The notes under the pieces were generated by a model. The model was not told the DNA's origin. It saw only the letters and a program-made list of their open reading frames with translations, and did not search any database. DNA of 64,000 nt, taken from NCBI GenBank assembly GCA_963722075.1, contig CAVRJM010000001.1, positions 896,001 to 960,000 on the forward strand, read 5' to 3'. The DNA is from Candidatus Babeliales bacterium. GTDB taxonomy: Bacteria; Babelota; Babeliae; Babelales; JANWKD01. Position 1 is the first letter of the stretch. Every line of letters starts with the position of its first letter. Below are positions 51,521 to 61,777 of this stretch, in pieces. The position numbers and the translations under genes were made by a program.

Positions 51521-52081
51521 GTGAAAAAATATCTATTATTATCGCTTTTTGCTTCCATGTTGACGACGTTACGAGCTGGTGAATTAAGTGATGAGTTGAT
51601 GCAATTAAAAGCAAAATTGGATGATTTGCAAAATAGTTTTGGCGGAATTGGTAGAGCTAAAAAACAATTAGATCCAATAATAAATGCATTGAATGTAGCC
51701 ATTTCAAATTTGTCTGATTCATATAGAGGTGAATTTAATAATGCACTCATTTGGTTCCTAGCAGACCCTGAATCCATTAACGATTTTCGTAAAACGTATT
51801 ATTCATTTGAGGAAAAAATAGCTGAAGTAATACCACCCCTTAAATCTTTAAATAATTTTCAAGGACCTAAGAATAGTATACTTGATAAAGATTTGGTAAA
51901 GGACACTCTTAAACCGTTAATTGAAATTATGGAAGTTACAAAACAAAGGTTAGAAGCTATAGGAGGGATGCCCACAGAAATTTTAAACAAGTTCACTGGC
52001 GCTAACTATAAAGTAGTTCAAGACTTAGTTCGAAAAATAACTTCAGCATGGGGAATTAAAGTTGAAGTTCAAACAAAATAA
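51521..52081 (+). CDS. Exported helical protein with N-terminal zipper tag
   Basis: aggag RBS with GTG start; LSDELMQLKAKLDDLQNSF. Confidence 0.65.
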   Translation: MKKYLLLSLFASMLTTLRAGELSDELMQLKAKLDDLQNSFGGIGRAKKQLDPIINALNVAISNLSDSYRGEFNNALIWFLADPESINDFRKTYYSFEEKIAEVIPPLKSLNNFQGPKNSILDKDLVKDTLKPLIEIMEVTKQRLEAIGGMPTEILNKFTGANYKVVQDLVRKITSAWGIKVEVQTK

Positions 52082-52088
52082 TTACAAT

Positions 52089-52120
52089 GAAGGAGCGCTT
52101 TTTAAGAGCTCCTTCGTTTC
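52089..52120 (+). terminator. Probable intrinsic terminator
   Basis: gaaggagc...gctccttc followed by gtttc. Confidence 0.55.
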
Positions 52121-52182
52121 CTTGATTTACTTTCTTATTATTTCATAACCTTTGAAAATAAGTACTTTCAAGGGAGATTACC

Positions 52183-52782
52183 ATGAAAAAAAATCTGTTT
52201 ATTATCGGTTTGCTCACACCTATAAAAATGATAGCAGTAGCACCACTAACACAACTCCCCTTTGCGCAACCTGCACCAAAACAAATTACTGCTCAAGAAA
52301 TTGACGCATTTAACAAACAAGAATTTAAAAAAAGTTTCGATCTTGCAGCTCAAGAAGTAAAACTACTGCGTACCCAGTTGCATCAATTTACCAAAGCACT
52401 TGATGCCTACAGTAATAAATCGGTAAAATATCAACAAAATTATCAAAACCTCGTACCAGTAATTAATAGCATGGAAAAGATACGGCAAAAGCCATTTATC
52501 ATAGAAGTTACCAAGTTATTACAATATAAATTAGCAGCCTCAAAGGAAATGATACAAACTGCTGATGGATTAATTAGCAATGTTATTACGTTAATACAGC
52601 ATATTCAAGCGATGGTTGAAAAAACGGTGAAAATTGCATGGAGAGATACCGATTATAGTAATCTGCCAGCCACCTATAAAGATAAAAATATGGCTGATAT
52701 TTTCCAAAAAGAAATTGTAGATAAATTCCCTTTTAAAGTAAAAAAAATAATACGTGCTCACACCAATTGGCAAAGATTATAA
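52183..52782 (+). CDS. Exported helical hypothetical protein
   Basis: gggag RBS; signal-like N-terminus. Confidence 0.6.
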   Translation: MKKNLFIIGLLTPIKMIAVAPLTQLPFAQPAPKQITAQEIDAFNKQEFKKSFDLAAQEVKLLRTQLHQFTKALDAYSNKSVKYQQNYQNLVPVINSMEKIRQKPFIIEVTKLLQYKLAASKEMIQTADGLISNVITLIQHIQAMVEKTVKIAWRDTDYSNLPATYKDKNMADIFQKEIVDKFPFKVKKIIRAHTNWQRL

Positions 52783-52798
52783 GGATTTTTTATTAAAA

Positions 52799-53515
52799 TT
52801 ATCGATGAGCGCCTACAAAAGCATTAATCAAGGGATATGCTTCTCTATTATTATTAAAATCCCATGAAGTGGCCGTTTCTATAATTGATCCTGCTTTCAT
52901 CAAATAAATCGTACACCGTAAATGAGTAATTAATGCCGTATCATGAGATGCAATAATCATTGAAATTCCTTGATCAGCAAGCTGTTGTAAGGTATGGGCT
53001 ACAAAATGAGTAAGTAATGGATCAAGTGCTGAGGTCGGTTCATCAGCACAGAGCACTTTAGGATTCATGGCAAGAGCGCGCGCGAGTGCAAGCCGTTGTC
53101 GCTGTCCTCCTGAAAGCCGTGAAACCGGTAATGCCGCTTTAGTGTCTAAATCAAATTGCTTTAACAGCTTACGGGCTATTTCTTGTGCCTCTTTTTTACT
53201 TTTTTTTAATACCACTTCCAAAGCAAGGGTAATATTTTCTTGCACACTCAAATGGTCAAACAAATTAAATTGCTGAAAAACCATTCCCACCATATGATTG
53301 CGCATTATTTCTGCTGCATCAACCACCACACCATCAAAAAGAATTTCCCCTGAATCAGCCATTTCTAAATTAGTTAAAATACGCAATAAGGTTGATTTGC
53401 CTACCCCAGATTCACCTAATAAAAGCGCAATTTCTCCTTTTGGAACGGTCACATTAATCTGATTTAAGATAACCAAATTATGGAATTTTTTAGTAAGATT
53501 TTTAATGATGAGCAT
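52799..53515 (-). CDS. Polar amino-acid ABC transporter ATP-binding subunit (GlnQ-like)
   Basis: GESGVGKS, MVFQQFNLF, LSGGQRQR, DEPTSALDP. Confidence 0.9.
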   Translation of the reverse strand: MLIIKNLTKKFHNLVILNQINVTVPKGEIALLLGESGVGKSTLLRILTNLEMADSGEILFDGVVVDAAEIMRNHMVGMVFQQFNLFDHLSVQENITLALEVVLKKSKKEAQEIARKLLKQFDLDTKAALPVSRLSGGQRQRLALARALAMNPKVLCADEPTSALDPLLTHFVAHTLQQLADQGISMIIASHDTALITHLRCTIYLMKAGSIIETATSWDFNNNREAYPLINAFVGAHR

Positions 53516-54167
53516 TGATGTTCATCTTTCGTTCAATTATAGAGGCTATTACCGAAATTCCCGTCGTTAAACATAAATAAATTGCCGCTATAGCACAATA
53601 AATAGGGATTACCGCATAGGTTCTGCTAATAATAATAGTTCCTTCTTTAAACAGTTCAACAACACCGATAGTTGAAGCTAAACTTGAGTCTTTTATAAGC
53701 GTAATAAATTCATTTAATAAGGCAGGAATAACCAATCGAATTGCTTGTGGAAAAACAATATAGCGCATGATTTGAAAATGAGTAAACCCTAGCACCTGTG
53801 CTGCTTCTTTTTGCCCTGCAGGGACGGACATAATACCGGATCTAACAATTTGGCTAATATAAGCAGTACTATTTAAGCCGATTGCTATTACTGCGGTGGT
53901 AAACAATGACAATTCAATACCAATATGCGGCAGTAAATAATAAAAAAATGGTATCTGAATAAGCATGGGCGTCCCTCGAAAGAGCGTCACATACAAAGTA
54001 ACTAAGGAACGTACCACTGCATTATGACTACAATGAATAAATCCTAGAATAGTACCACCCACAAAGCCAAAAAGGCTTGAAAAAAATGCTATTTTTAGTG
54101 TAACCAACGTACCACGCAATAGATAGGGAAGAGCTTGCTGTATAACTTCCATCATGAAATATCCCAT
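53502..54167 (-). CDS. Polar amino-acid ABC transporter permease
   Basis: FRGTPMLIQ, GQKEAA..LG, LIKDSSL. Confidence 0.9.
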   Translation of the reverse strand: MGYFMMEVIQQALPYLLRGTLVTLKIAFFSSLFGFVGGTILGFIHCSHNAVVRSLVTLYVTLFRGTPMLIQIPFFYYLLPHIGIELSLFTTAVIAIGLNSTAYISQIVRSGIMSVPAGQKEAAQVLGFTHFQIMRYIVFPQAIRLVIPALLNEFITLIKDSSLASTIGVVELFKEGTIIISRTYAVIPIYCAIAAIYLCLTTGISVIASIIERKMNINAHH

Positions 54168-54925
54168 TTCTTTTTAAGCTGATCCACAAAACCTTCTTGC
54201 TGTAATTGCGTAAGTACCGTTTCTATTTGTTCAGCTAATACTGGGTGTAGCTTGCTAATAGCAAATACTGTTTGTTCATTGGTTTCAGGAATAGTAAAGA
54301 GAGAAAAATCATCTTTATTATATTGTTTAAAGAATGGTTTTATATTATTAGCAGCAACCACAAATGCATCTGCTCGCTTGCTCATTAATGATAAGAACGC
54401 ATCGGAAACCGTTGGTAGTCGTTTTAAATCAATATCAGGTACCGTGCTCATATACCGCTCGGCACTAAATCCTTCATTAACCAATACTACTTTATTTTTT
54501 AAATCAGCAAGTGAATGTATTGGATTTTTTGCTAAGGTCACTACTACTAAAGGGTCCGTTTCTAAATATGGCTTAGTAAAAAGTACCAATTGAGCGCGCT
54601 CTGGCGTTGGGCTAATACCCGCAGCAATTACCGCAATAGAACCATTTTGCAATTGCGGTATTAACGTAGTAAACGGCATATCCTTTAATACCATACGCTT
54701 ACCTAACCGCCGTACGATTTCTTGAATAAGATCAATATCAAATCCCACAATTTGATCATTATGTATATATTCAAATGGGGGGAATTCTGCCGCGGTGCCA
54801 ACAATAATGGTAGATTCATCAATAGATTTTTTTATACACTCTTTCCTAGAAAAAAATCTATAGCCAGCAATAAGAAGCAATAGCGCTGCTGCACCTATGA
54901 GCAATGATTTTTGAGACTGTTTCAT
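54152..54925 (-). CDS. Polar amino-acid ABC transporter substrate-binding protein (family 3)
   Basis: FPPFEY, GFDIDL, TPER, FTKPY, LKKKW. Confidence 0.9.
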   Translation of the reverse strand: MKQSQKSLLIGAAALLLLIAGYRFFSRKECIKKSIDESTIIVGTAAEFPPFEYIHNDQIVGFDIDLIQEIVRRLGKRMVLKDMPFTTLIPQLQNGSIAVIAAGISPTPERAQLVLFTKPYLETDPLVVVTLAKNPIHSLADLKNKVVLVNEGFSAERYMSTVPDIDLKRLPTVSDAFLSLMSKRADAFVVAANNIKPFFKQYNKDDFSLFTIPETNEQTVFAISKLHPVLAEQIETVLTQLQQEGFVDQLKKKWDIS

Positions 54926-55199
54926 CGTATATTCCTTATTTCATATATATTTATAACTGAATTTACCAAGTTGTTTTCATTGCTTGTGATAACATTGAAG
55001 AAGGAGGCGTCGCAACGACGGTTTTTAACCTATAATGTTATTCATACTTAGAGTAAAAAGTTTATTTAAAAAACTCAATTAACTATACTGCCGAGTATAT
55101 CATAAAATATATAAAAATCCGGCTTTCTCTTGATTCTCAATTTTACAAAAAACAACTTCTTTTTTAGAATAATCAAAATTATACCAAAAAAGGAGTATT

Positions 55200-56729
55200 A
55201 TGCCTGCAATTCTTAAATCATACTTTTTAAATGATTATACGTGGCAAAAATTAACTATCTTAGTAATAACGGCTTTTATGGTGCGTGCGCTTACCTTTAC
55301 TAGTTATGTACAATATGAAGAACGCTATCGACAAGCTGATACCAACGATTATCATTTTTCTGCCGTTGGATTAAAGGCAGGTACAGGCATGCACCGCGTC
55401 GATAATTTACAGCCAATTTTCTGGCGCACACCAGGCTATCCTTTATATCTCAGTTTATTTTACAAATGGTATGATATTAGAACAGCAGATTTCTCTGCCC
55501 TTAAAGAGCCACTTAAGGCAAGTATCTGGGTACAAATTATACTCTGCTCCTTCATTCCTTTATTACTATTTTTTTTAATGCGTTTACTCACCGGATCATT
55601 GCTTATTTCATGGATTTCTGCATGGATCGGCGTATTCCATCTTGGCTTTGTACTGGCAAGCTGCTATGTCTTATCAGATGCAATTGCACAACTTTTTTTT
55701 ATTAGTTTTTTATATTGTTTTTATCAAATAGTTACTTTATGGTTTGAACCTGATACTCATCAACTAAATTACTACCAATGGGCATTCTGGTTAGTGACCG
55801 CTGCGCTCATGCTTGGGCTTTATACCTGGATACGCCCCAATGGTCAATTTATAGTGGTGCTCAGTATGATGTTGTTGCTTTTAACGAAAGGCAATTGGCA
55901 ACTTAAATTAAAAAAGATAGCGCTTTTTGGACTTTGTTTTTTTGCGGTGATTGGTGGTTGGTATATACGAAATTATAATTTAACCAATCACTGGTTTTTT
56001 TGCCCAATGTCGGGCCCCTATCTACAATCATTTTCTGCACCAAAAATTATGCGGGCTGTCACCAAAAAACCCCTTGAAGAATGCTTGCGAACACTCCTTA
56101 TGATGGTATCGGCACGTATACAAGAAGAAACCATGCGCCTTGCTAAAGAAGCACCACACTTAAAAGTAAGCAAAGAATTGCTTTGCAAACCCATTGCCAT
56201 GACATGGATTATAAATTATCCCTGGTATTTTGCCTATGATTGGATAAAAGAAGTATTAAAAGCTACTTTTGATTTATATTCTAGCCAATTAGTTGCAATG
56301 ATCAATAAAACGCATACGTATGATCCTCTTGAAGAATTTCTCACCCAAAAACTAGCCTTGTGTTTATATGCACAACCAATGTCACGCTTGATGCGCTTTA
56401 TTTGTTGGTCAGAATTTATTTTTTCATTATGGCTATGGATTGGCTTACTGGCTGGGTTTTTCTTATTTGTTTTACAACCGTACATACAAAAAAACTCTTC
56501 TACCACAACACGTTCCATGCAGGCATTATGGATTAAAATTGGATTTATTATCGGTGGCATGCTTATTATGACCGGTGGCTTTGGTTATGCACGGTTACGC
56601 CTACCCATTGATCCATTACTTTGGCTTCTTGCACTCACCTGGTGGTGTTATATAATGAATAAGGCACTGCATTACTTTAAACTAGTTATGTATAGTTCAG
56701 TATCAACTCCCGTTACCCATAATTCGTAA
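55200..56729 (+). CDS. GT-C-fold (ArnT/PMT-like) membrane glycosyltransferase
   Basis: DTNDY, RTPGYP, IRPN; multiple TM helices. Confidence 0.65.
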   Translation: MPAILKSYFLNDYTWQKLTILVITAFMVRALTFTSYVQYEERYRQADTNDYHFSAVGLKAGTGMHRVDNLQPIFWRTPGYPLYLSLFYKWYDIRTADFSALKEPLKASIWVQIILCSFIPLLLFFLMRLLTGSLLISWISAWIGVFHLGFVLASCYVLSDAIAQLFFISFLYCFYQIVTLWFEPDTHQLNYYQWAFWLVTAALMLGLYTWIRPNGQFIVVLSMMLLLLTKGNWQLKLKKIALFGLCFFAVIGGWYIRNYNLTNHWFFCPMSGPYLQSFSAPKIMRAVTKKPLEECLRTLLMMVSARIQEETMRLAKEAPHLKVSKELLCKPIAMTWIINYPWYFAYDWIKEVLKATFDLYSSQLVAMINKTHTYDPLEEFLTQKLALCLYAQPMSRLMRFICWSEFIFSLWLWIGLLAGFFLFVLQPYIQKNSSTTTRSMQALWIKIGFIIGGMLIMTGGFGYARLRLPIDPLLWLLALTWWCYIMNKALHYFKLVMYSSVSTPVTHNS

Positions 56730-56733
56730 ATCT

Positions 56734-57282
56734 ATGAAACGTTTATATGCACCCTGGAGAACTCGTTATACGCAACATGTTTCAAGCAATAAAGAAGAAG
56801 TGACCGACGAAGCTCATTGTGTATTTTGCACGCAATTTAACGAGCATAATGATACTAACCATTTCATTTTACGGCGATTTGCAAATACCATTGTTATGCT
56901 AAATCTATATCCTTATAATGCTGGTCATCTTCTTATTTTGCCAGTGGAGCATCAAGCACAACTTTGCCAGCTGACACCATTGGTTCGAAACGAGCTTATG
57001 GAGGTAATTAGTATAAGTATGAATATACTCTCTACCACATTGAAAGCGCAGGGAATTAATATGGGACTTAATATAGGAAAAGCAGCCGGAGCAGGAATTC
57101 CTTCACATATCCATTTTCATCTTATTCCACGCTGGTTTGGTGACACTAATTTTTTCCCCTTGATTGCTAATACTAAACAAATCTCAACTGATTTGCAGGA
57201 AATATATAAACAATTACTACCTCATTTTCAAGAAATTGATGAAAATATGCTTAATAAAAAGGATAGCTATGAAAAAAAATAA
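56734..57282 (+). CDS. HIT-family hydrolase (Ap4A hydrolase/Fhit-like)
   Basis: APWR, CVFC, NLYPYNAGH, AGAGIPSHIHFHLIPRW. Confidence 0.9.
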   Translation: MKRLYAPWRTRYTQHVSSNKEEVTDEAHCVFCTQFNEHNDTNHFILRRFANTIVMLNLYPYNAGHLLILPVEHQAQLCQLTPLVRNELMEVISISMNILSTTLKAQGINMGLNIGKAAGAGIPSHIHFHLIPRWFGDTNFFPLIANTKQISTDLQEIYKQLLPHFQEIDENMLNKKDSYEKK

Positions 57283-57484
57283 TACAGAGCAATTGTATGG
57301 CCTTATTTTAATTGGTATCGGCATATTTTTACTGATTTTAGTAGGTGGACCGATGCTTTTATCACTAGGTGCCATACTTATTGGCTTTTATCTTATTAAT
57401 TATGGATTATTATTAACCGGCAATCCTTCATTACCGACCGTTTTTCAACGGTTTATTACTGAGATTAGAAATCGTTTTTTTTGA
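57269..57484 (+). CDS. Small two-TM membrane protein
   Basis: ATG 57269 after aagga; overlaps the HIT stop. Confidence 0.55.
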   Translation: MKKNNTEQLYGLILIGIGIFLLILVGGPMLLSLGAILIGFYLINYGLLLTGNPSLPTVFQRFITEIRNRFF

Positions 57485-57494
57485 TAGATAATAA

Positions 57495-57644
57495 GGAATC
57501 TTATCCATCTTGGTTAAAACTTCGACGTGACCGCCATCCTCATCCCGCCTTAGCCGCTATAGCATTATGAATCCGCAATGCACTCGGGTGATGACACTGC
57601 GGAAACAAAAAAACGTCGTTGCGAGCCTGTCGAAGCAATCCAGG
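57495..57644. repeat. Palindromic repeat cluster, partly degenerate
   Basis: Ends with aacgtcgttgcgagcctgtcgaagcaatccagg. Confidence 0.75.
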
Positions 57645-57734
57645 TTAAAAAAAATTAATTTCTATACCACTATTAAAAATTTTATTGAAAAAAATATAAC
57701 GTATAAAACAACCACTAAGAAAAGGGGAAGCAAT

Positions 57735-57833
57735 ATGTCGCTACAACAAACGATAAAAATAATAGTTTTTGTTTTACCATGCATTTTGTTTGCGATGGAT
57801 AATCAATCATCTTCAAATGAGTTCATGTATTGA
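57735..57833 (+). pseudogene. 5' fragment of an exported-protein gene
   Basis: gggga RBS; MSLQQTIKIIVFVLPCILFA-MDNQ..., then a stop after 32 codons. Confidence 0.45.
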
Positions 57834-57895
57834 GTAAGTTAATAGATCAGAATTATAGAAAGAAAATTTTCCTTCAGTTGAAATCATAAATTGAC

Positions 57896-58125
57896 CCTGG
57901 ATTGCTTCGACAAGCTCGCAACGACGTTCTTTGTTTTCCCTATCATCATCACGAGCGTATCCAACTTCACTAAAGCTATGTCCGGATTGTGGTAATAGCG
58001 AGCGTATGTCCAGGCAAAGTTGTTTACTCCGATTTGTCATCCCGAGCTTGCGTGGGGATCCATTAATTAATAATATCCTATGTATTAGCGACGACTAAAT
58101 TAACCTAGACGGATGAGGATCTATT
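57896..58125. repeat. Palindromic repeat cluster
   Basis: cctggattgcttcgacaagctcgcaacgacg; tgtcatcccgagcttgcgtggggatcca; degenerate inner units. Confidence 0.8.
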
Positions 58126-58248
58126 AATTAATATCTACTTTATTACATGCCATTCATTCTATTGCCATTACCTTAAATATTTATTTATATTTAATGTAAA
58201 TTTGAAAATAATTAAATTACTTATAAATACGAAATTAAAAGGAATATC

Positions 58249-59001
58249 ATGGAAACTAAGAAATTTTCAACGGTAGAATCCATAAAATTTGGTTTTTACA
58301 CGGTTATAGAAAACGTTCTATTTTTTCTTGCCTTATGGCTTATTTGTTTTGGCGTTCTTTTTGCAGGGTTATTTCTTGCCACCTTTATTTCCTACTTTCC
58401 CTTTTTAAATACTATTTTTGCATTCTTACGCGAAAACAATTCAACGGTGATGAATTATTTAGCGGTTCCTCATAATTACTTACAGCTTGATATTCGAACC
58501 TCAAGTGCTCTTCTATTTAGCACCTTATTCTTTGGATTACTACTCAAGCTACTTTATCGCTATTTATCACTGGGGATTATTCGCATAGCACTTGATTTTT
58601 ATGATTACCAAACAAGTAGTTTAAGACAACTTTTTTCGGGAATGCCCTACCTTTTTAAAGCTTTTATTGCCGGCATTTTATACAATATGATGGTGACTAT
58701 TGGCATGGTTTTCTTTATTATTCCAGGAATCTATTTTTTAATTAAGTATGGTTTCTACGAACAATTAATTGTTGATAAAAATGTTGGCATCTTTGAATCA
58801 TTTAGACAAAGCGCTGAAATTACTCAAGGTTCCAAATGGCATATATTCGGGCTTCTTTTTATTTTTTGGTGTATTAATATTACCGCTTGCTTTTTTTGTT
58901 GCTTGGGGTTATTGGTAACCTACCCAGCATTAGTTCTTGCACAAATATATGTATATAGAAAACTCAGTGCAGTTCCTATGGTGCCCCAAAAAACAAATTA
59001 A
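58249..59001 (+). CDS. Multi-pass membrane protein (DUF975-like)
   Basis: FFIIPGIY, ESFRQS..ITQGSKW, CCLGLLVTYP. Confidence 0.6.
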   Translation: METKKFSTVESIKFGFYTVIENVLFFLALWLICFGVLFAGLFLATFISYFPFLNTIFAFLRENNSTVMNYLAVPHNYLQLDIRTSSALLFSTLFFGLLLKLLYRYLSLGIIRIALDFYDYQTSSLRQLFSGMPYLFKAFIAGILYNMMVTIGMVFFIIPGIYFLIKYGFYEQLIVDKNVGIFESFRQSAEITQGSKWHIFGLLFIFWCINITACFFCCLGLLVTYPALVLAQIYVYRKLSAVPMVPQKTN

Positions 59002-59393
59002 CAACAGATATTTTCAATGCAATGATCACATGCTTTAATGGTTTCATCGCAGAGGCGTTTTATTTTTTGCAATGCCAATTGGCATGATTCTTTTGAGGTA
59101 TCGCACACTAATGAGCAGCGCTCACATACATTAGAACATTCTTCACATTTTCTAATGCATGCTTGTGTAGCTTCAATACAGTTTTTATTAGTACATTCTT
59201 TTAAATGAATGCGACCAGCACGCATACATGCTTGAGTAGTATCTATAACTTCCTTATAATAATGTGCTGTCTTTTCAGGTTGTATGGTTACTTTTTTCTC
59301 CTGCATCCCTTTAGTTAATTTATCACATAACTCGATACATGCTTGGCAGGCAACGATACATTCATTACAAGCAGTAACTACCTTTTTTTCCAT
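58998..59393 (-). CDS. Cys-rich four-helix bundle (Csp/DUF326-like copper-binding protein)
   Basis: Repeated CxxC/CxxxC along helices; no signal peptide. Confidence 0.6.
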   Translation of the reverse strand: MEKKVVTACNECIVACQACIELCDKLTKGMQEKKVTIQPEKTAHYYKEVIDTTQACMRAGRIHLKECTNKNCIEATQACIRKCEECSNVCERCSLVCDTSKESCQLALQKIKRLCDETIKACDHCIENICC

Positions 59394-59409
59394 AACAAGC
59401 TTCCTTTTT

Positions 59410-61230
59410 TTAGATTTTCCGTTTAAATTTTTTTTCTAATTCGTAATCAGTTACGAGCCACGTGGTGGGGCGGCCATGGGGGCACGTAAATCTATTTTGC
59501 GTTTTATATAAATCAATTAATAATTGATTTATTTGTTGATCAGTTAAAATATCGCCTGCTTTTACCGCCGCTTTACATGCCATTTGCGCTTGTAACTTTT
59601 TATTAACTAACATTAAAAACTGATCCCGCTCAAGGGTTGCATACTCAATCAATATATCAATAATTTCTCGTATAAAATCTCGCCACGAAATAGATTTTAA
59701 ATGAACCGGAACTGCCGTAACTATAATCTGCTGTGGGCCAGATTGTTCAAACCTAATACCATATTCATACACTATAATACTGTTATCCATCAAGAGTTGT
59801 ATTTCATCTGCAGGTAATGAAATCGTTTCAGGAAATAATAAATTGACTGATGAAAGATTATCAAAACGCTGCGCAAACTGTTCAAACAAAATACGTTCAT
59901 GCGCTGCGTGTTGATCCACAAAAACAAGTCCTTCATCAGTATCGAGCATAATATAGGTTTTCTTATAAACACCAATGACATTATATTGTTCAGCACCCAG
60001 TGATTCTTGACCAGTTATAATTGGTTGCTCCATTTGTTTTTGCGCGTCAAAAACAGAGGATCGGTTACTAATGTGATTATCAGCAATAGGCTTTTGAGTT
60101 TGATCAAATGATTCTTTTTCCGGCATGGTTGCAAAAAAAAAGGGCTCTTTTTGATACGGTAATGGCGGCAACGAAGGCATTGAGGTGATTTCTTCTTGAA
60201 TAAACGGTTGAAAAGTCGGTTTTTCTTTGGTGGGAATTATACGTTCTTGCAAGCAGGTTTTTACGGTATTAGTAATGGCATCTTCTATTCTTTTTGGCTG
60301 CACAAATGCAACTTCTTCTTTGCGCGGATGAATATTAACATCAAACTGATCGGACGGCAATGATAAAAGAATAATGCCAACCGGATAGCGTCCCTGAGGC
60401 AGCACGTTCAAATATCCTTTTAGCAATGCGTGGCTTAATGAATAGTTTTTTATCCAGCGATTATTAATAAAGAAAAAAATATGAGCGCGATTATATCTAA
60501 AATAATGTTGCCCGGAAATAATGCCTTGAAGTGTTAACCCATGTTGCTGTGTTAACGGTATCGTGATTAATGCATCTGGAGGGGTATGATCCCATAGCTG
60601 TGTTACTCGATTAGCGATGGAATGTACACTGGGGCAATTAGAAACTAATTTACCTTCAGAAAATAGTTGAAAATGAATAGCCGGATAGGCAAAACAAAAC
60701 GTTTGAAATAGTTGAACCAATAACCGCCATTCAGTTTCAGGCTTTTTTAAAAATTTTTTTCGTACCGGAACATTAAAAAAGAGCTCTTGAACTGCTATAT
60801 CGGTACCTGGGTTACAAAACACTTCTTCCGTTTTTATCACCAATCCTTCATTAAAAAGCACTCGGGTACCGCTGGTGCTTTCAGCTTCTTTGGTGACTAA
60901 GGTTATTTTACTAACCGCGACAATACTATATAATGCTTCACCTCTAAAACCAAAAGTAGCAAGTTGTTGTAATTGATCAAAAGAACTAATTTTACTCGTG
61001 GCATGCCGTTCAAAACACATTAGTGCATCCGCGGATGACATTCCTGAACCATTATCAACCACACGAATTAATTGATGTCCTGCTTGTTCAATATAAACAG
61101 TTATAATGGTTGCTTGCGCATCAATCGCATTTTCAATCAACTCTTTTAACACATCTACTGGACGCTCAACAACCTGGCCAGCAGCAATTTTTTGTATTTC
61201 CGAAAGCGAAAGCTGTTTAATTTTTTGCAT
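59410..61230 (-). CDS. mutL: DNA mismatch repair endonuclease MutL
   Basis: KELIENAIDA, DNGSG, GFRGEAL, DQHAAHERILFE, ACK, CPHGRP. Confidence 0.96.
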   Translation of the reverse strand: MQKIKQLSLSEIQKIAAGQVVERPVDVLKELIENAIDAQATIITVYIEQAGHQLIRVVDNGSGMSSADALMCFERHATSKISSFDQLQQLATFGFRGEALYSIVAVSKITLVTKEAESTSGTRVLFNEGLVIKTEEVFCNPGTDIAVQELFFNVPVRKKFLKKPETEWRLLVQLFQTFCFAYPAIHFQLFSEGKLVSNCPSVHSIANRVTQLWDHTPPDALITIPLTQQHGLTLQGIISGQHYFRYNRAHIFFFINNRWIKNYSLSHALLKGYLNVLPQGRYPVGIILLSLPSDQFDVNIHPRKEEVAFVQPKRIEDAITNTVKTCLQERIIPTKEKPTFQPFIQEEITSMPSLPPLPYQKEPFFFATMPEKESFDQTQKPIADNHISNRSSVFDAQKQMEQPIITGQESLGAEQYNVIGVYKKTYIMLDTDEGLVFVDQHAAHERILFEQFAQRFDNLSSVNLLFPETISLPADEIQLLMDNSIIVYEYGIRFEQSGPQQIIVTAVPVHLKSISWRDFIREIIDILIEYATLERDQFLMLVNKKLQAQMACKAAVKAGDILTDQQINQLLIDLYKTQNRFTCPHGRPTTWLVTDYELEKKFKRKI

Positions 61231-61240
61231 ATAATAATAA

Positions 61241-61777
61241 TTAGCTAATGATGTTACCTATACTAGTAAACTGTATCAATTTTTTTTCATCTTTGGAAAT
61301 GGAAGACGGTAATAATTCTATAAGATTCATCGCTTGAAACAAATTTGTTTTTTCCAATGTTTGTATGCAATCGAGTAACAATTCGATCTCGTTAATCTCT
61401 CCTTTTAATTCTATAGCTTTTGCATCAATCGTTATTGATGAAAATCGCATACTGGCAGGTATACTGTTAGCTAATGCTATTAAATATGCACTATAATCTT
61501 GTTTATGAGAGAATGCGGTAACTTTTTTTCGTCGTTTTTTATTTTTTTTGAGCTGCTTTTTAATATTCTTATTTTCTTCATGCACCACATTAGTAACCTG
61601 CTCTGTTAAGCACTGAGCCTCATTACGTACCTTATACCAAGATAGTAATTGAACCGCCGTCATTATCGATAATAGCATAATAAGGGCACCAATAAGCACG
61701 CTGCTGCACCAAATCCAGTTACGCCATTTTTTATATTCATGAGGCGGTAAAGCTGAGATTAAATTACTGGAGTTCAT
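61241..61777 (-). CDS. PilN-like (type IV pilus/T2SS alignment) protein
   Basis: NLI motif, single TM, coiled coil, then a PilN-type LxxxIP..FSSI...ELKG..LE..LF region. Confidence 0.6.
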   Translation of the reverse strand: MNSSNLISALPPHEYKKWRNWIWCSSVLIGALIMLLSIMTAVQLLSWYKVRNEAQCLTEQVTNVVHEENKNIKKQLKKNKKRRKKVTAFSHKQDYSAYLIALANSIPASMRFSSITIDAKAIELKGEINEIELLLDCIQTLEKTNLFQAMNLIELLPSSISKDEKKLIQFTSIGNIIS

